A stretch of DNA of 64,000 bases from Candidatus Cloacimonadota bacterium (GTDB lineage Bacteria > Cloacimonadota > Cloacimonadia > JGIOTU-2). The stretch's first letter is position 1, and the number at the start of each line of letters is the position of its first letter. The position numbers and the translations under genes are program-made. Shown piece after piece: positions 60,177-64,000 of this stretch. Below the pieces are notes generated by a model. That model did not search any database. It saw only the letters and a program-made list of their open reading frames with translations, and had not been told where the DNA came from. The stretch covers positions 1 to 64,000 of the forward strand of contig JBNGBT010000003.1 of the NCBI GenBank assembly GCA_049903315.1. Direction: 5' to 3'.

Positions 60177-60979
60177 TTTTGCCTTTGCATTTCAAAATTT
60201 TTATTAAAAACAAAGAAGGTATTTCCGTCATGGTCCTTGAAGAATTTGTCCAGAAATTGTGAAAGAAACAAAAGGAGTTCATTAAACCAACGGAATAATA
60301 TACTATTATTTGCCATAAGAATATCAGAGCTGAAAAATAATTTGCCGATCGGTTTAATGATTCTATATCGACATTTATTATAAAATGGAAAGATTATGGT
60401 ATTTTTGTGATGTAATTTCAGATTGTTTTTGTTAAACAGTTCGATATAATCCTGCTCTGTCCTCCTGAACCATTTTGAGCCACTGAAGGATTCAATCCCT
60501 GTGGCCTCAAATAGTAATATTTTTCCAGAATATGTTAGACGATTTGATAGGACCTCAAGCACGTATTTGATTTGTTTGTCAGTTAAATGGGCAAAAACTG
60601 CAAAAATGTATATTATATCAAATTTCGTATGTGCAGGGAATTTGGCAGAAAAAGTAATTTTTCTTTTATGGGCTGAACCTCTTTTTTTCTTTGCTCTTTT
60701 TATCATGCTATGTGCCACATCATAACCCCAGACAGAACAGTTGCTCAGAAGGTTTCTCGTGTAGATAGAATAGAATCCGTCACCGCATCCGAAGTCCAAT
60801 ACTGTTATGTTGTGGCTTTGTTCACTATACTCTGAAATTTCTTTTCCGAGCAGATTGAGTAATACCTTTCTGCGTTGATAGTAATAAGGGATTGGGCTGA
60901 TAGTATAAAAATCTTCTCCCCTGTAATAATATTTTCTTTTTCCTCGGTTTTCCCAATATTCTCTGTTAAAATTAATCAT
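60173..60979 (-). CDS. Class I SAM-dependent methyltransferase
   Basis: VLDFGCGDG, GYDV, FDII, VFAHL, GKILLFE. Confidence 0.88.
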   Translation of the reverse strand: MINFNREYWENRGKRKYYYRGEDFYTISPIPYYYQRRKVLLNLLGKEISEYSEQSHNITVLDFGCGDGFYSIYTRNLLSNCSVWGYDVAHSMIKRAKKKRGSAHKRKITFSAKFPAHTKFDIIYIFAVFAHLTDKQIKYVLEVLSNRLTYSGKILLFEATGIESFSGSKWFRRTEQDYIELFNKNNLKLHHKNTIIFPFYNKCRYRIIKPIGKLFFSSDILMANNSILFRWFNELLLFLSQFLDKFFKDHDGNTFFVFNKNFEMQRQK

Positions 60980-62837
60980 GTTTTACCTCATCTAGTTCCT
61001 TGAGCCTTTCTAGTCTTCGAGTTATTCCAAGTTCCTTACCGTTTTTGTCTACAACTCTGGTGCTTCCATCAATAAATCCTGTTTTCCAGTTTATTGCATT
61101 TGGAAATTCTTCTCGACATCCCCAAAGAAATGGAACGGGGAAATAGCCCTTTCTAAAGATTTCATAGAAGCCGTTTGCTGAATATGGATTTATGATATTT
61201 GTTTCTATGTCACGAATAAGGATCCAGGCTCTGTTCATTAAATCCTCAAATTTTTCCTGCATCAATTTATTATCAATAAAATCACGTATGTTATTTAATT
61301 CTCGATAGTGAGGATAATGTTTGATTGAACTTTTGGTAATTCTAATACTTTCGTTTATAATTTCCGGATTTGCGAGAAACAACGCCTCAGAATAACTTAC
61401 AACATGGATAATTTCGGGGGAGTCTGATTTATTATACTCCACATCGCTCATAAGTGCTGTGACAGCAGACAATTGTCTCTTTGCTTTTTCTAAATCTGGT
61501 GATAGGTAATTTAATCCTGCTCGAGGTTGATAAATCACCTTGAATGCCTTATCTTCAAGTGTTCTCACGGTTTTTAATAAAACTCGTGCTCTGATCAGGT
61601 CTGCCAGTCCGGATGTAAACTTCGGTGTATTTAACATGTTCTGTAAAATCAAGAATCTTATGCCGGACTTTTTTGCCATTTTTGCAGCAATGTATGTAGC
61701 AGCAATATAGGTCACATCATCACCTCCGCGAAAGGCAAAATGATGGGGAACGTTTGGTTCAAAAGGTTTTCCGGTTTTTGCTATGAATTTCAGCGCGTCG
61801 AAATGCTGGGTAAGATTTTCTTTCAGTGTGAGAGGACCTCTACCATCCAATTGATTGAACCACCAGAAAGAGAGAGCGTGCCAAGCCATATTAAGATTTT
61901 TTTCAAGGATTTTTGCCATTGTTTCGACCTTGTTTGTTCCAGAATATGACCTAGTAAGCATTGGAAGAGAATCAGACCAGATGGCTTTTAATTCAAACTC
62001 GGAATTAACAGGAATGCCGCCACCATTTGGTCTGTCTCCCCAATTTTCTCCGAAGTTTGATTGGCTGAGTTGTGATGAACCAACCGATACAATATCTAAT
62101 AATTTGCTCTTCGAAAGCTCTTTTAACCAATCAGAAAATAACGCTAAAGCTTCTTCACGTTTTTTTATATAAGGACCGATATGACATCTTATCAAGGGTA
62201 GGAGGCCATTTTTTTTTGCATAGGACAGCCTATCGATTAGTGTGTCATCTCTCTGCCCAAAATGGGGATAATTATATTCATTGGTAGCAATGGATTTGTG
62301 ATGAAGACCTTGCGTGATCAGCTCATTTCCAAAACCGTATAATATTTTATCATATTGAGATTGTTGTTTATAGGTTTCAGGAATCCTTGCTGATGGAACG
62401 TGGAGTTTCTCAAGAACTTCTGTTATTTTTTCATCACCCATAAACGTAGTAAATCGTCCGTTAAATCGTTGCTCAATCAGATCACAGGCATCTTTTAAAC
62501 CTGCAAAAAACATATTGTCAGCAAGTTTACAATTTTGTGAATGTAGAATTTTACTAGTGTCGATCTTGTGAACCAACGTGCAAAAAATGTCAGCCCCTTC
62601 ATATGGATCGAGCCTGTAACTAAAACCTAAATGAGTTATTCGGTTTTTTAATATCCAATCTTCAATCAACCCGAAGTGTTGATTGCTCGATATTTTGCTT
62701 ACCGCATCTGAAATAAGCTCATTTCCAATGATTACATCGAATCCGCATTGTTCTAGAATTTGCGATATAGTGATAATACCCAAAGTGTGAGCATCGACAC
62801 TTGGCTTGATAATACCAAATCTATAATTATTTTTCAT
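60972..62837 (-). CDS. Cobalamin-binding (DxHxxG) mutase-like protein of unknown function
   Basis: N-terminal DAHTLG..GFDV..LGFSY..FAG B12-binding domain fused to a ~450-aa alpha/beta domain; no CxxxCxxC. Confidence 0.75.
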   Translation of the reverse strand: MKNNYRFGIIKPSVDAHTLGIITISQILEQCGFDVIIGNELISDAVSKISSNQHFGLIEDWILKNRITHLGFSYRLDPYEGADIFCTLVHKIDTSKILHSQNCKLADNMFFAGLKDACDLIEQRFNGRFTTFMGDEKITEVLEKLHVPSARIPETYKQQSQYDKILYGFGNELITQGLHHKSIATNEYNYPHFGQRDDTLIDRLSYAKKNGLLPLIRCHIGPYIKKREEALALFSDWLKELSKSKLLDIVSVGSSQLSQSNFGENWGDRPNGGGIPVNSEFELKAIWSDSLPMLTRSYSGTNKVETMAKILEKNLNMAWHALSFWWFNQLDGRGPLTLKENLTQHFDALKFIAKTGKPFEPNVPHHFAFRGGDDVTYIAATYIAAKMAKKSGIRFLILQNMLNTPKFTSGLADLIRARVLLKTVRTLEDKAFKVIYQPRAGLNYLSPDLEKAKRQLSAVTALMSDVEYNKSDSPEIIHVVSYSEALFLANPEIINESIRITKSSIKHYPHYRELNNIRDFIDNKLMQEKFEDLMNRAWILIRDIETNIINPYSANGFYEIFRKGYFPVPFLWGCREEFPNAINWKTGFIDGSTRVVDKNGKELGITRRLERLKELDEVKHD

Positions 62838-62861
62838 ACAGTATCCGAATCATCATAATAT

Positions 62862-63860
62862 CTATGTCGTGGGATGTACGAGTGACCACATAAAATGATT
62901 AAAATCAGCTTTTGCTGCAACGCGATTTAATGTAAATATATTTGATTTTCTGTCTACAAAATTGCTGTCTGTTGAGAGAGCTGCATCATAATATTTGCTT
63001 GTTATTTCGACTATTTCATTATTATAATCACCGTTTGGATAACAGAAAAACCTAATTTTTTTGTTAATTTTATTTTCCAATGCAGTTTTAGAATCCCTAA
63101 TCTCGTGTATGCTCTCAGTTCTGGTTAGTTTTGTTAAAATTGGATGCGTGAGTGTATGGGAACCGAATTCAACATATTGCGGTGACATTTTTTTGATCGT
63201 ACTATAATCTAACATACGGTAATTTATTGCATTTTGAGGATCTATCTTAACCTTAAGGTCTTGTTGTATCTGGAGCAGTAATTTAATAAGTTCAGATGGA
63301 TGAAGATTCTTCAATAAATTCTTTAGGATTTTATATGCTTTAGACTTGTCTGTTCTGTTAAGTAGCCTAAAGTACGATTCCCCATTATTAGGGATATTGA
63401 TTTTCAAAGAGTCTATCTTTGTTTGAGAGATGATGTATTCGAGAGTATTGACCCAAATCCATGAATCGCGGTTAATGAAATCTGCTGTTAAGAATATGGA
63501 AACAGGAACGTCGTATTTCTTCAATATGGGATATGCTAATGTATAATTGTTCATATACCCATCATCAAAGGTTAATACTACAGAATATTTGGGTATTGAT
63601 ATTTTCCCATTTAAATAATCTACCAGTTCTTGAAGACTAATAATGTTGTAATACTTTTTAAGATATTTAATCTGCCGTTCAAAAATCGTGATATCAAGAC
63701 TAACATTTATATGATCTCGACTATTCGGCTGGTGAAAATTATGATACATCAAAACAACAATCTTTTGCTTGTTAATTATTCTGAGAGTATGATGAATATG
63801 ACTTTTGCATAAAGAGATCCTTATTGCTTTTTTAATAGTGTCCGATATTGATGTGTTCAT
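62862..63860 (-). CDS. Polysaccharide deacetylase (CE4)
   Basis: LMYH, LTFDDGY, GSHTLTHPIL, FCYPNG. Confidence 0.9.
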   Translation of the reverse strand: MNTSISDTIKKAIRISLCKSHIHHTLRIINKQKIVVLMYHNFHQPNSRDHINVSLDITIFERQIKYLKKYYNIISLQELVDYLNGKISIPKYSVVLTFDDGYMNNYTLAYPILKKYDVPVSIFLTADFINRDSWIWVNTLEYIISQTKIDSLKINIPNNGESYFRLLNRTDKSKAYKILKNLLKNLHPSELIKLLLQIQQDLKVKIDPQNAINYRMLDYSTIKKMSPQYVEFGSHTLTHPILTKLTRTESIHEIRDSKTALENKINKKIRFFCYPNGDYNNEIVEITSKYYDAALSTDSNFVDRKSNIFTLNRVAAKADFNHFMWSLVHPTT

Positions 63861-63879
63861 CAGTTTTTTTTAAAATATT

Positions 63880-63999
63880 CTAGGACTTTTTTAACTTCTT
63901 CCCTGGTTTTAGAAGTATTTTGATGAAGGTTTTTACAAGTCGTGCATATAATAACAAATTAAAAGGGAAGAGCCCGATGGCCTTGTAATACTGTGCAAG
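63880..63999 (-). CDS. 3' end of a gene cut by the window edge (possibly a glycosyltransferase C-terminus)
   Basis: Open frame LAQYYKAIGLFPFNLLLYARLVKTFIKILLKPGKKLKKS*, stop 19 nt before the next start. Confidence 0.55.
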   Translation of the reverse strand, partial: LAQYYKAIGLFPFNLLLYARLVKTFIKILLKPGKKLKKS

Positions 64000-64000
64000 A

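Noticed and set aside
59094..62837. Staphylopine/pseudopaline-type metallophore cluster
   Set aside because: No recognisable nicotianamine synthase, exporter or metal uptake genes; the context is polysaccharide synthesis.
60972..62837. B12-dependent radical SAM enzyme, or a firm glutamate mutase call
   Set aside because: No CxxxCxxC motif; similarity to GlmE cannot be established by eye.
141..63812. Numerous antisense and alternate-frame ORFs in the six-frame track
   Set aside because: They are shadows of well-supported genes and lack motifs or RBS.

Overview
Bacterial chromosomal window from an anaerobe. Cloacimonadota is inferred from a secreted beta-helix protein with a C-terminal FlgD-Ig domain and from the Ior/Por ferredoxin oxidoreductases; this was not verified. 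Bases 1-41 kb are mostly housekeeping genes (tilS-hpt-ftsH-hslVU, iorAB, era-holA-scpB-uppP, porCDAB, uppS-cdsA-dxr-comEC, rarA, rpoN, thpR-recA-recX, lolC/E). They are interrupted by an accessory patch at 9.4-15 kb (GNAT, atypical Fpg/Nei, YcaQ, HEPN-motif orphan) and by intergenic regions full of REP-like hairpins and a recurring AAATCCTAATTTCTAAT repeat element. Bases 41.4-64 kb hold a Wzx/Wzy-type exopolysaccharide locus, visibly more AT-rich towards the right end and continuing past the window edge. The best candidate for an undescribed system is a tightly coupled cassette inside it (62837-57878): a DxHxxG cobalamin-binding mutase-like enzyme, a SAM methyltransferase, an opine dehydrogenase and a D-aspartate-ligase-like ATP-grasp enzyme, between a polysaccharide deacetylase and the flippase. 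I infer a B12-dependent route to an unusual amino-acid/opine substituent on a surface glycan. A second candidate is an unannotated ~65-nt sRNA with an anti-Shine-Dalgarno/anti-AUG seed between porB and comEC. No rRNA, tRNA, CRISPR array or transposase was seen. All family calls come from motif recognition by eye; no searches were run.
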